From positions 60,151-124,150 of the forward strand of contig CBDUYR010000002.1 of NCBI GenBank assembly GCA_965371515.1: a DNA stretch of 64,000 nucleotides, given 5' to 3'. Below, piece by piece: positions 18,460-27,788 of the stretch (positions are counted from its first letter, which is position 1; each line of letters begins with the position of its first letter). A program made the position numbers and the translations under genes. Source of the stretch: an uncultured bacterium. Lineage in GTDB: Bacteria; Krumholzibacteriota; Krumholzibacteriia; Krumholzibacteriales; Krumholzibacteriaceae. The notes below the pieces were generated by a model. It worked only from the letters and a program-made list of their open reading frames with translations. It was not told where the DNA came from and searched no databases.

Positions 18460-18480
18460 GTTATTCTCGCTCGGAGCGGC

Positions 18481-20949
18481 CTATTCCGCCTTGCATGAAT
18501 CGACCTTCTTCTTTTCTACTATGAAAATAAGATGGTCCGAAGAGGGATCCGAGGTGATCTTCAGACTATCATTCCTGCTTATCTCCCCACCGAGCATCTT
18601 CTCGCTCAGCGGGTCCTCGAGTAATTTCTGGATAGCCCTCTTGAGCGGCCTCGCACCGAGGGCCGGATCGTAACCCTTGCCGATTATGAATCTCTTTGCT
18701 TCCTCGGTGATCTTGAAATCGAGGTTCATCGCCTCGAGCCTGCCGTAGAGGTCCGTCAGGAGGATCTCGATGATCTCCATCAGGTCGCTGCGGTCGAGCT
18801 GCCTGAAGACGATCATCTCGTCGATCCTGTTGATGAATTCCGGGTTGAATATCTGCTTGGTGGCCTCCATGATCTTGTTCTTCATGTAGTCGTAACCGGC
18901 ATCGGTGGCTCCGTCCTCGGAAACGAAGCCCATACCCTTCTTTCCCTTCACTTCCTTGGCGCCGGCGTTCGAGGTCATGATAAGGACCGTGTTTCTGAAA
19001 TCGACCCTGCGGCCGAACGAATCGGTCAGGTTGCCCTCCTCGAGGATCTGCAGGAGGAGGTTGAAGACGTCGGGATGCGCCTTCTCGATCTCGTCGAGAA
19101 GGACCACGGAGTAGGGTTTGCGCCTTACCTTCTCGGTCAGCTGCCCACCCTCTTCGTAGCCGACGTATCCCGGAGGAGCGCCGATAAGCCTTGATATAGC
19201 GAACTTCTCCATGTACTCCGACATGTCTATCTGGATCAGTGCGACCTCGCTCTCGAACAGTGTGGCCGACAGCGTCCTGGCCAGCTCGGTCTTGCCGACA
19301 CCCGTCGGGCCGAGGAACACGAACGAGCCTATCGGCCTCCGCGGATCGCGCAGGCCGGCCCTGTTGCGCCTTACAGCCCTGGCGACTGCCTTGAGTGCCG
19401 GTTCCTGGCCGATGACCCTCTTGCGCAACTCGTCCTCGAGGTTGAGGAGTTTGACCGTCTCCTCCTCCTCGACGTCGGCGACGGGAATGCCGGTCATTTC
19501 GGAGATCACGTTGGCAATGTCCTTCGCGGTGACTACCGATTCGCTCTCCCGCCTCGACTCGGTCCATTCCCTGTGCCTCTCCTTCAGAGCGGCGCGAAGC
19601 TCCTTCTCCTGGTCCCTGAACGAGGCGGCTTTCTCGAACTCCTGCGCCTGGATCGAGGATTCCTTCTCCTTGGAGATCTCCTCGATCTGCCCCTCCATAT
19701 CCCTCAGTTCCTCAGGGATCGTGGTCACCGAGAGCCTCGCCCTCGCACCGGCCTCGTCTATCACGTCGATAGCCTTGTCGGGCAGGAAGCGCCCCTGTAT
19801 ATATCTCTGGCTGAGATGCACTGCCTGGCTGATCGCATCGTCGGTAAATTTCGTTCTGTGATGGGCCTCGTACTTGTCGCGAAGCCCCAGGATGATCAGG
19901 ACCGTCTCGTCTTCGGTGGGCGGATTGATCATGATCGACTGGAACCTTCGTTCCAGAGCACCGTCCTTCTCGATGTGCTTGCGGTACTCGTCGAGCGTGG
20001 TCGCCCCTACGCACTGTATCTCGCCCCTCGCGAGAGCCGGTTTGAGCATATTCGAGGCGTCTATCGCCCCCTCCGCTCCTCCGGCACCGACGATCGTATG
20101 TATCTCGTCGATGAAGATTATTATCTGGTCGTTATCGTGTATCTCGGCGATGATATTTTTAAGCCGTTCCTCGAACTGTCCTCTGTACTTTGTTCCTGCT
20201 ACAACAGATGCGAGATCGAGTGTTGTTATCCTCTTGTTCTTGAGAAGCTCGGGCACCTTGTTGGCAATGATCTTCTGGGCCAGGCCCTCGATAATGGCGG
20301 TCTTGCCAACGCCCGGCTCTCCTATCAGCACGGGGTTGTTCTTTTTTCTCCTGCAGAGTATCTGGATTATCCTGCCGATCTCCTTGTTCCTGCCTATGAT
20401 CGGATCGAGCTTGTTGTCCCTCGCAAGCTCTGTGAGGTCCCGTCCGAACTGGTCCAGGGTCGGGGTCTCGCTCTTCGCCTGCTTTGCCCGGTCGGAGCCG
20501 TGCCCGGCGCCGCCCTGGTGGATCATCTTCATGATCTCCTCGCGGACCCTCTTCCGGTCGACGCCCAGTTCGAGCAGAACGCGCGCGGCGACTCCTTCGC
20601 CTTCCCGGATCAGCCCGAGAAGAAGATGCTCGGTGCCTACATAATTGTGCCCGAGGAGCCTGGCTTCCTCTATCGAGAGTTCGAGCACTCGCTTGCCCCT
20701 CGGCGTCAGCGGCACCTCGCCCAGCGTCAGCGTATCGCCGCTGGGCCGGACAATACTCTCTATCGCCTGCTGAATCTGGTCGAGGTCGAGGTCGAGTTTC
20801 TGCAGCACCCGCGAGGCGATCCCTTCACCCTCGCGCACGATGCCGAGCAGAAGATGCTCAGTACCTATGTAATCGTGCTGAAGCCTGTTCGCCTCGTCTC
20901 GCGCGAGGTATATGACCTTTCTGACCCGCTCTGTGAACTTGTCGTTCAT
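18481..20949 (-). CDS. clpC: ATP-dependent Clp protease ATP-binding subunit ClpC
   Basis: Two Clp-N repeats (GTEHLLLG), GEPGVGKT, FIDE, UVR M-domain, GPTGVGKT, LLDEIEKAH, GARPL. Confidence 0.96.
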   Translation of the reverse strand: MNDKFTERVRKVIYLARDEANRLQHDYIGTEHLLLGIVREGEGIASRVLQKLDLDLDQIQQAIESIVRPSGDTLTLGEVPLTPRGKRVLELSIEEARLLGHNYVGTEHLLLGLIREGEGVAARVLLELGVDRKRVREEIMKMIHQGGAGHGSDRAKQAKSETPTLDQFGRDLTELARDNKLDPIIGRNKEIGRIIQILCRRKKNNPVLIGEPGVGKTAIIEGLAQKIIANKVPELLKNKRITTLDLASVVAGTKYRGQFEERLKNIIAEIHDNDQIIIFIDEIHTIVGAGGAEGAIDASNMLKPALARGEIQCVGATTLDEYRKHIEKDGALERRFQSIMINPPTEDETVLIILGLRDKYEAHHRTKFTDDAISQAVHLSQRYIQGRFLPDKAIDVIDEAGARARLSVTTIPEELRDMEGQIEEISKEKESSIQAQEFEKAASFRDQEKELRAALKERHREWTESRRESESVVTAKDIANVISEMTGIPVADVEEEETVKLLNLEDELRKRVIGQEPALKAVARAVRRNRAGLRDPRRPIGSFVFLGPTGVGKTELARTLSATLFESEVALIQIDMSEYMEKFAISRLIGAPPGYVGYEEGGQLTEKVRRKPYSVVLLDEIEKAHPDVFNLLLQILEEGNLTDSFGRRVDFRNTVLIMTSNAGAKEVKGKKGMGFVSEDGATDAGYDYMKNKIMEATKQIFNPEFINRIDEMIVFRQLDRSDLMEIIEILLTDLYGRLEAMNLDFKITEEAKRFIIGKGYDPALGARPLKRAIQKLLEDPLSEKMLGGEISRNDSLKITSDPSSDHLIFIVEKKKVDSCKAE

Positions 20950-20988
20950 TTGCCCCGCTCTTCCTTTCCCCAGGTGGACCCGGCGCCG

Positions 20989-22050
20989 TCAGGACGCCTT
21001 CAGTCTCGACCTGATGTAATCAGCTCTGCTCCTGTCCCTGTCGTCCGGTCCCATGACCTTTTCGTAGAGCATCTGGAGATGCATCGGCTGGATCATAATC
21101 AGCATCTCGTTGAGATCGGACAGGCCCGTGTCGGTGACGATCCCGAGCCCAACGCCGAGACGGACTGCCGAGAGAAGCCCCATCGCTTCCCTGGAATCGA
21201 GCATCCTCGCATTCCTCAGGAGACCGTAGGCCCTCCAGATCTTATCTTCGAGCAAACTCCGTGCCTCTTTGAGAAGGGTCTCACGTGCTTTTTTCTCGAA
21301 TTCGAGTACTTTTCGTATATGTGAATCCATATTCTTCACTGTATCAGACTCTGACAGTCCGAGAGTAATCGAGTTCGATATCTGAAAGAAATTGCCTGCC
21401 GCTTCGCCTCCCTCCCCATAACCGCCCCTTACACTTAGCCTTACGTGCTTGAGTCCGTCCGAGACCTGCCTGATGTCACCGTTCTGTACCAGTCCAGGGA
21501 GGTGGACCATCACCGAGACCCGCAGCCCGGTCCCGACATTGGTGGCGCAGGCCGTCAGATATCCGAAATGGTCGGAAAATGCAAATTCAAGGCTTCCGTC
21601 AAGCTCATCGTCGAGACGGCTCACGCTCTCGAACGCCGCGCTCAGCGCCAGTCCCGACTCGAAAGACTGGAGCCTGAGATGATCCTCCTCGTTTACCATA
21701 ACGCTGAGCTTCTCGCTCCTGACGACCGCCAGGCCGCGGTTGTTGAATTTCCTCACCATATCCTGCGATACGAGCCTTCTCTCCGCGAGGATCATGCGCT
21801 CCGGCTCGGCCGTATCGTTCATGTCGAGGAATATCGAGCCCTTCATCGATGGTGCAAGCGCGAGCGCGTCCCTTACCTCGTCGCGGACCGAGGCGAGCTC
21901 AGATGCCTCCGCGCAGTTAGTGAATGTCCTTCCATCGATGTTGCGTGCCAGCCTCAAGCGTGTGGCAAGGACGAGCTCGCTCTCCTCGCCTCCCTCGGTC
22001 AGCCAGGACGCGGGGTTCTTGAGAAGCATATGCAGCTGCTTCTGTTTCAA
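20989..22050 (-). CDS. mcsB: Protein arginine kinase McsB
   Basis: RLRLARN, NEEDHLR, GYLTACATNVGTG, HLPGL, QISN..TLG; between mcsA and clpC. Confidence 0.93.
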   Translation of the reverse strand: MKQKQLHMLLKNPASWLTEGGEESELVLATRLRLARNIDGRTFTNCAEASELASVRDEVRDALALAPSMKGSIFLDMNDTAEPERMILAERRLVSQDMVRKFNNRGLAVVRSEKLSVMVNEEDHLRLQSFESGLALSAAFESVSRLDDELDGSLEFAFSDHFGYLTACATNVGTGLRVSVMVHLPGLVQNGDIRQVSDGLKHVRLSVRGGYGEGGEAAGNFFQISNSITLGLSESDTVKNMDSHIRKVLEFEKKARETLLKEARSLLEDKIWRAYGLLRNARMLDSREAMGLLSAVRLGVGLGIVTDTGLSDLNEMLIMIQPMHLQMLYEKVMGPDDRDRSRADYIRSRLKAS

Positions 22051-22550
22051 TGCTTTTCCATCCCCTTCTTCAGATCGGCGATCTCGTCCCTGAGCACGGC
22101 GGCCCTCTCGTAGTTCTCCAGCTCCACGGAGATACTCAGTTCGTCCTCGAGGGCGCGAATCCTGCGCCTTGCGTTGACCTTCTCGGTGCAGTACCTGCGC
22201 GGAGATTTGCCGAGGTGCCTGGCGTTTCCATGAATCCTCTTCAGGACCTTCGCGATATCCTCCCCGAACGAATCATAGCATTTCGAGCATCCCAGTCCGG
22301 CGGACTTACTGAATGCCGCGTACGTCCTCCCGCAGTGGCTGCACTTCCTCCTCGGCCCGCTCTTCTCCATCAGGGCGCTGTTGACCAGCCCGGCGAGGAG
22401 GTCGGTCTTCTCGAAATTGCTCCTCTTCAGGTAGTCGAAACCTTTTGCCTCGGCGCAGGACCGGCATATATGGATCTTCACGACGTCGTTTCCTTCGACG
22501 TTGGTGAAATGTATAGTCGCGCTGTTCTTCCTGCAAAACTGGCAGATCAT
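22047..22550 (-). CDS. mcsA: McsA activator (four CxxC motifs plus UVR domain)
   Basis: CQFC, CRSC, CSHC, CSKC, H.GK.P, ENYERAA.LRD. Confidence 0.92.
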   Translation of the reverse strand: MICQFCRKNSATIHFTNVEGNDVVKIHICRSCAEAKGFDYLKRSNFEKTDLLAGLVNSALMEKSGPRRKCSHCGRTYAAFSKSAGLGCSKCYDSFGEDIAKVLKRIHGNARHLGKSPRRYCTEKVNARRRIRALEDELSISVELENYERAAVLRDEIADLKKGMEKH

Positions 22551-22557
22551 ATCTTCA

Positions 22558-23235
22558 TCACTCCACCGGCAGGAGCCTGCCTCCCTCAAGCATGAATCCC
22601 CTGTCGGCTCTGGCAAGGAGCTCCCTCTTGTGCGTTACCACGATGAATGTCTGGTTCTTGGAGCGACTCAGCTCGAATATCAGTGCGTGAAGCATTTCAC
22701 TGTTGGCCTCGTCGAGATTCCCGGACGGTTCGTCGGCGAGAACTATCGCCGGATCGTTCATCAGGGCCCTGGCCACAGCGATCCGCTGCTGCTCTCCGCC
22801 GGAAAGCTCGGCCGGCCTGTGCGTGAGCCTCTCGGCGAGTCCGACTTCCGCGAGAAGTTCCGCGGCCCTTTCGTGCGCGCCGTGATCGGTACCGCTCCTG
22901 AGAAGGGCGGGCATCATGACGTTTTCCAGGGCGTCGAATTCGGGGAGAAGGTAGTGAAACTGGAAGACGAACCCGAGATCCCTGTTCCTTATCGCGTTGA
23001 GCTCCCTGTCGGGCACGGCGAACGGGTTTTTCCCGCGGATCAGCACCTGGCCGCTGTCAGGAGTATCCAGAGTGCCCAGCACGTGCAGGAGAGTCGATTT
23101 TCCCGCGCCGGAGGCACCGAGTATCGCGACGACCTCTCCCCTTTCGGCCTCGAAATCGATTCCCCTGAGGACCTCGATATCTCCCTTGCGGCTCTTGAAG
23201 CTCTTCGTTACATTTTCTGCGCTGAGAATGCTCAT
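22558..23235 (-). CDS. lolD: Lipoprotein-releasing ABC transporter ATPase
   Basis: [36 protein letters not shown]. Confidence 0.92.
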   Translation of the reverse strand: MSILSAENVTKSFKSRKGDIEVLRGIDFEAERGEVVAILGASGAGKSTLLHVLGTLDTPDSGQVLIRGKNPFAVPDRELNAIRNRDLGFVFQFHYLLPEFDALENVMMPALLRSGTDHGAHERAAELLAEVGLAERLTHRPAELSGGEQQRIAVARALMNDPAIVLADEPSGNLDEANSEMLHALIFELSRSKNQTFIVVTHKRELLARADRGFMLEGGRLLPVE

Positions 23236-23253
23236 GACCTCTCACCTGTCTGA

Positions 23254-23282
23254 AATATACGTCCTGGCGCCTCGATGAGCAA
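23254..23282 (-). promoter_or_regulatory. Internal sigma-70-type promoter before lolD-mcsA-mcsB-clpC
   Basis: Minus strand TTGCTC-N17-TATATT in the lolC-lolD spacer. Confidence 0.55.
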
Positions 23283-23294
23283 CCGTGCCATCCG

Positions 23295-24554
23295 TCAGTC
23301 GTAACGAATCGCGTCGAGGGGCGACATGTTGCACGCTTCCCAGCTCGGATAGATGGTCGCCGCGATCGATATTATCAGTGCGGCGACAGATACCAGGACT
23401 ACGTCGAAAGTCCTTACTGCCACCGGGAGCGTGTTGATGAAATAGACGTCGGCGGGCAGGTCGAGCTCGACTGCCGAGAGCAGGGCGCAGATGCCCAGTC
23501 CGGCGGCCATGCCGAGGATAGTCCCCAACACCCCTATGATCGTGCCCTCCATCATGAATATCGACATTATCCCCCTCGAAGACGCCCCCATCGATCTCAG
23601 AATCCCTATCTCGCTGCGCTTCTCCATGATCACCATCGTCAGCATCCCGACGAGGTTGAAGGCGGCGATGAGTATTATCAGCGTCAGCAGCATGAACATC
23701 AGTACCTTCTCCACCTTGATGTAGCTGAAGAGGTTCCTGTTCATCCTGATCCAGTTGTTCATGCCGTAGGCGCCGCTCCTCTCGAGCCTGCTGTCGATCC
23801 GGTCCTCCATCTCCGCCGCCTTCCAGATATCGGACGTACGGACACCGATCCCCCTGGTCGACGCTTCGAAGTCAAAGAAATCCTCCGCCTCCCCGATATC
23901 GATATAGGCAAACCGCGAATCGAATTCGAACACACCGGTCTTGAAGAAACCGAGGACGCGGAACTCTCTTGTGCGCGGCTGTATCTCCCCCATCCTCATC
24001 TCTGCCGGCGCGCTTACGAGAGTGATGGTCTCGCCGAGGTATACCTTGAGGTCATCGCCGAGATCCTCACCGAGCACTACGCCGGGCAGGTCTCTGCCGT
24101 CTTCGAACCCCGTCGATTCGAAGGATCTGATCGGCGGTATGAACGAGTCGACCACCGCAGAGACGTTCCGCTCTGCATCGAGATCGACACCCTTTACGAT
24201 GACGCCCTTTGTCTTGACCCTCATCCCGGGGATCAGCTCGTAGAAGAGCAGGGCCTCGCCCCTTATAAACGGCGAGGCAGCGACCACTCCGTCCACCTCC
24301 TCCACGATGGCCGTGATGCTGTCTATCCCCGACCACGAGCCTGGCAGGCTGGCAAAGACGATCACGTGCGTGTTGAACTCGATTATCCGGCTGCGGAGCT
24401 CGCTCTCGAAACCGTTCATCAGCGAGAGGACCGTTATCAGAACAGCCACGCCGACGAGCGTTCCTCCGACGGCGATCATCGTCACGCGAGATACGAATCC
24501 GCTGCGGCGTCGGGCCCTGAGATACCTGAGCGCTATTGCCAGAGAGTAATGCAT
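23295..24554 (-). CDS. lolC: Lipoprotein-releasing ABC transporter permease LolC/E
   Basis: IALRYL, SLMNGF, EK..EIGILRSMGA, VYFI..LP, P..AIRY. Confidence 0.92.
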   Translation of the reverse strand: MHYSLAIALRYLRARRRSGFVSRVTMIAVGGTLVGVAVLITVLSLMNGFESELRSRIIEFNTHVIVFASLPGSWSGIDSITAIVEEVDGVVAASPFIRGEALLFYELIPGMRVKTKGVIVKGVDLDAERNVSAVVDSFIPPIRSFESTGFEDGRDLPGVVLGEDLGDDLKVYLGETITLVSAPAEMRMGEIQPRTREFRVLGFFKTGVFEFDSRFAYIDIGEAEDFFDFEASTRGIGVRTSDIWKAAEMEDRIDSRLERSGAYGMNNWIRMNRNLFSYIKVEKVLMFMLLTLIILIAAFNLVGMLTMVIMEKRSEIGILRSMGASSRGIMSIFMMEGTIIGVLGTILGMAAGLGICALLSAVELDLPADVYFINTLPVAVRTFDVVLVSVAALIISIAATIYPSWEACNMSPLDAIRYD

Positions 24555-24561
24555 GCCTGCG

Positions 24562-26076
24562 TCAGCCGTCCCTTCCCGATTCGGGCCGCATCGCTGGAAA
24601 GAGAATGACGTCCCTGATGGAATGCGAATCGGTGAGAAGCATAACGAGACGGTCGATCCCGATACCCAGTCCCGCCGTCGGAGGCATCCCGTGTTCGAGA
24701 GCCCTGAGGTAGTCCTCGTCGACAGGGTGTGTCTCCTCGGCTCCCTCCTGCTTCATCCTCGTCTGCTGTTCGAAACGCTCCCGCTGGTCGATCGGGTCGT
24801 TGAGTTCGCTGAACGCGTTGCCCACCTCGAACCCGGCTATGTAAGGCTCGAACCTCTCGACGAGACCCTTCTCGCTCCTGTGCGCCTTGGCGAGCGGCGA
24901 CAGCTCGACCGGGTAGTCGGTTATGAAGACAGGCTGTATCAGGTGCGGCTCGACCATCTCGGAGAAGATCTCGTCGATCAGGCCCGCCCGTCCCGAGACT
25001 CCCTCGATGTCTATGTCGAATTTTTTCGCCGTCTTGCGGAGCTCATCCTCTGAGGCCTCGCGAAGGTCCTTGCCCATCTTCTCCTCTATCGATTCGAAGA
25101 AGGGCAGCCTCTGCCACGGAGTGGCCAGATCGATCTCGTGCTCCCCGTACTTTATCTTCGTTGTCCCCAGCACCTCGTCGGCGAGCTTCCGGTACAGGGT
25201 CTCGACGAATTCCATCATGTCGTTGTAGTCCCAGTAGGCGGCGTAGCATTCGAGCATCGTGAACTCCGGGTTGTGCGACCTGTCCATACCCTCGTTCCTG
25301 AAATCCTTGCAGAACTCGTATACACGCTCCATCCCGCCAACGACCAGCCTCTTGAGGTAGAGCTCGTCGGCGATCCTGAGGTAGAGCCTCATGTCAAGGG
25401 CGTTGTGATGGGTGACAAACGGCCTCGCCATAGCGCCGCCGTATATCGGCTGCAGGATAGGTGTCTCGACCTCGAGAAAATCCCGCTCGTTGAGAAATGT
25501 CCTTATCGTGTCGATTATCCTCGACCTCGTCCTGAAGATCTCCATCACATCGTCGTTCACGATCAGGTCGATGTAACGCTGCCTGTACCTCAGCTCCTTG
25601 TCCTGCAGGCCGTGATACTTCTCGGGGAGCGGAAGAAGCGACTTGGACAGGAGCTCGAGCTCCTTCACCTTTATCGTCAGCTCTCCGGTCCTCGTTCTGA
25701 AGAGATGACCTGAGATCCCGACGATGTCGCCGACATCGAGGAGCCTGAAGATCTTCCACGTCTTCTCGTCGACCTCGGCATCCTTGATATAGAACTGCAG
25801 GCTTCCCGTGCCGCCCTTGATGTTCCCGAACGACGTGTGGCCGTGCCCCCTTATCGCCATTATCCGCCCCGCTACCGATGCCGACGCATCCTCGGCGGAA
25901 AGCGATTTCTCGTTCTCCATCGCTTCGGCCAGCGAATGCGTGCGCTCGAACCTGTAGGGATAGGGGGTTACTCCCAGCCCGCGAAGCTCCTCCAGCTTGC
26001 GGATCCGCTCGTCCCTCTCCCGGCCACCTTCCTTTTTTACCTTGTCGCTCACCTTCAGTTCTTCCTTCCCTTCCAT
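24562..26076 (-). CDS. lysS: Lysine--tRNA ligase (class II)
   Basis: OB fold, YRQRY, GGA.ARPF, FRNEG..HNPEF, GMPPTAGLGIGIDRL; start could instead be GTG at 26052. Confidence 0.97.
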   Translation of the reverse strand: MEGKEELKVSDKVKKEGGRERDERIRKLEELRGLGVTPYPYRFERTHSLAEAMENEKSLSAEDASASVAGRIMAIRGHGHTSFGNIKGGTGSLQFYIKDAEVDEKTWKIFRLLDVGDIVGISGHLFRTRTGELTIKVKELELLSKSLLPLPEKYHGLQDKELRYRQRYIDLIVNDDVMEIFRTRSRIIDTIRTFLNERDFLEVETPILQPIYGGAMARPFVTHHNALDMRLYLRIADELYLKRLVVGGMERVYEFCKDFRNEGMDRSHNPEFTMLECYAAYWDYNDMMEFVETLYRKLADEVLGTTKIKYGEHEIDLATPWQRLPFFESIEEKMGKDLREASEDELRKTAKKFDIDIEGVSGRAGLIDEIFSEMVEPHLIQPVFITDYPVELSPLAKAHRSEKGLVERFEPYIAGFEVGNAFSELNDPIDQRERFEQQTRMKQEGAEETHPVDEDYLRALEHGMPPTAGLGIGIDRLVMLLTDSHSIRDVILFPAMRPESGRDG

Positions 26077-27168
26077 TTCAGATAACCTTCCATGAATTGA
26101 TCTATATTGCCGTCCATAACGGCCTGGATATTCCCCGTCTGGACCCCGGTCCTGTGGTCCTTGACCATCGTATAAGGATGGAATACGTAGCTCCTGATCT
26201 GGTTACCCCAGGAAATATCCTTCTTCTCGCCGGCGGCCGCGGCCTGCTTCTCGGATTCTTCCTCCATCAGCCTGGTGTAGATACGCGATCGCAGGACCTT
26301 CATCACAATCTCCCTGTTCCTGTGCTGCGAGCGCTCGTTCTGGCACTGAACCACTATCCCCGTGGGAAAATGGGTGATCCTCACCGCCGATGAGGTCTTG
26401 TTTACGTGCTGTCCACCCGCCCCGCTTGCCCTGTACGTGTCGATCCGGATGTCGTCGGGATTGATTTCAACCTCGATATTATCGTCGATCTCGGGATAGA
26501 CATGCACGGCCGCGAAGGATGTGTGGCGCCTGTGATTGGCATCAAACGGCGAGATCCTCACGAGCCGGTGGATCCCGCTCTCCGACTTGAGCCTGCCGAA
26601 CGCCAGCTCTCCATGCACTTCGATCGTCGCGTTCTTTATCCCGGCTTCGTCACCGGGCTGCAGGTCGATCATCCTGAAGGTGTATCCCTTCCTCTCGAGG
26701 AACCTCGTATACATGCGCAGCAGCATCTCCGCCCAGTCCTGGGACTCGGTCCCGCCCGCTCCCGGATGGATGTTAAGTATCGCGTTTCCTCTGTCGTTCT
26801 CACCGGAGAGCAGGACGGCCATCTCGAACTCGGCCAGGTTCCTGCCGATCTTCTCGAGCTCCTCCCCGATGTCGGCCAGGATCGATTCGTCCTCCTCGCT
26901 GAGGGCGATCAGCTCCTTCAGGGAATCTATATCAGATTTTATCCTGTGGTAGGGATCGAGCCTGCTCTTCAGCGCCTTGAGCCTCAACATGAGTTTCTCA
27001 GCGCCTTCCCGGTTGTTCCAGAAATCGGGCACGGACATTTTCTTCTCTATCTCCGCCACCCCGGCCGTCATCGTCTCCAGGTCAAAGATACTCCTTGAGG
27101 CTAAGCAGCTTCTCTTCTGCCTTTGCGGCGGCTTCTGCCGCTTCCTTCGACGACAACCTTTCCTGCAT
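26055..27168 (-). CDS. prfB: Peptide chain release factor 2, made by +1 programmed frameshift
   Basis: SPF and GGQ motifs; a 28-codon first frame from ATG 27168 ends in CTT TGA C. Confidence 0.96.
27081..27096 (-). promoter_or_regulatory. prfB +1 frameshift site with internal Shine-Dalgarno
   Basis: Minus strand AAGGAG-TAT-CTTTGAC. Confidence 0.95.
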
Positions 27169-27788
27169 CACCGTTTCCTCCGCAATCGATCGTATTCCTC
27201 TAGAAACTCGTCTCTTATGCGCGCCGCCTCTTTCCTGACCTCAGCGAGCGGGATGTCGGTGTCCAGCCTTATACCGGCCTTCTCCCACTCCCTGAAAAGG
27301 TCCCTCTGGCGCTCGATGCGCAGTTCGGCCTCTTTCCTGTCGAAACCGTTCCTGCGCATCATCCTGCGGATGCGGACCTCTTCAGGCGCGTCTGTCAGCA
27401 CCACGAGATCCGCCTTGAGTCTGAATTTATACTGCAAAAAGAGTACTGCATCAAGGACTATGTATTTCGAGGTCTCCGCGAGCTCCATGAGCCTTTCCCT
27501 CGCCATTTTCTTCACATAGGGGCGGATCAGGCTGTTCAGTCTGTCGAGCTTCTTCTGGTTGGAGAAGACCTCTCCGGCAAGCCTCAGGCGCGACACCTTC
27601 CCGTTGCCTGCCATGATCTCCGGACCGAACTCATCTCCGAGCTTCTCTATGAAATCTGGGTCCTCGAGCGCCGCATGGGCAAGCTCATCGGCATCGACGT
27701 AGACGCCGCCCCCTTCGGCCATCACTCTGGCGACCGTCGACTTTCCCGAGGCGATCGGCCCCGTCACCACTATGAGAGGTACATTCAT
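27168..27788 (-). CDS. coaE: Dephospho-CoA kinase
   Basis: TGPIASGKSTV, DAD, R..L...VF, RI..Q. Confidence 0.9.
   Translation of the reverse strand: MNVPLIVVTGPIASGKSTVARVMAEGGGVYVDADELAHAALEDPDFIEKLGDEFGPEIMAGNGKVSRLRLAGEVFSNQKKLDRLNSLIRPYVKKMARERLMELAETSKYIVLDAVLFLQYKFRLKADLVVLTDAPEEVRIRRMMRRNGFDRKEAELRIERQRDLFREWEKAGIRLDTDIPLAEVRKEAARIRDEFLEEYDRLRRKR

Noticed and set aside
13804..21324. Long plus-strand ORFs (13804..15285, 15996..17579, 19573..21324)
   Set aside because: They are antisense shadows of lpxD/lpxC, bamA and clpC/mcsB, expected from GC-rich codon bias, and show no recognisable motifs.
23279..23290. TGGCACGGTTGC on the minus strand resembling a sigma-54 site
   Set aside because: GG-to-GC spacing is 7 nt rather than the required 10; a sigma-70-type reading fits better.
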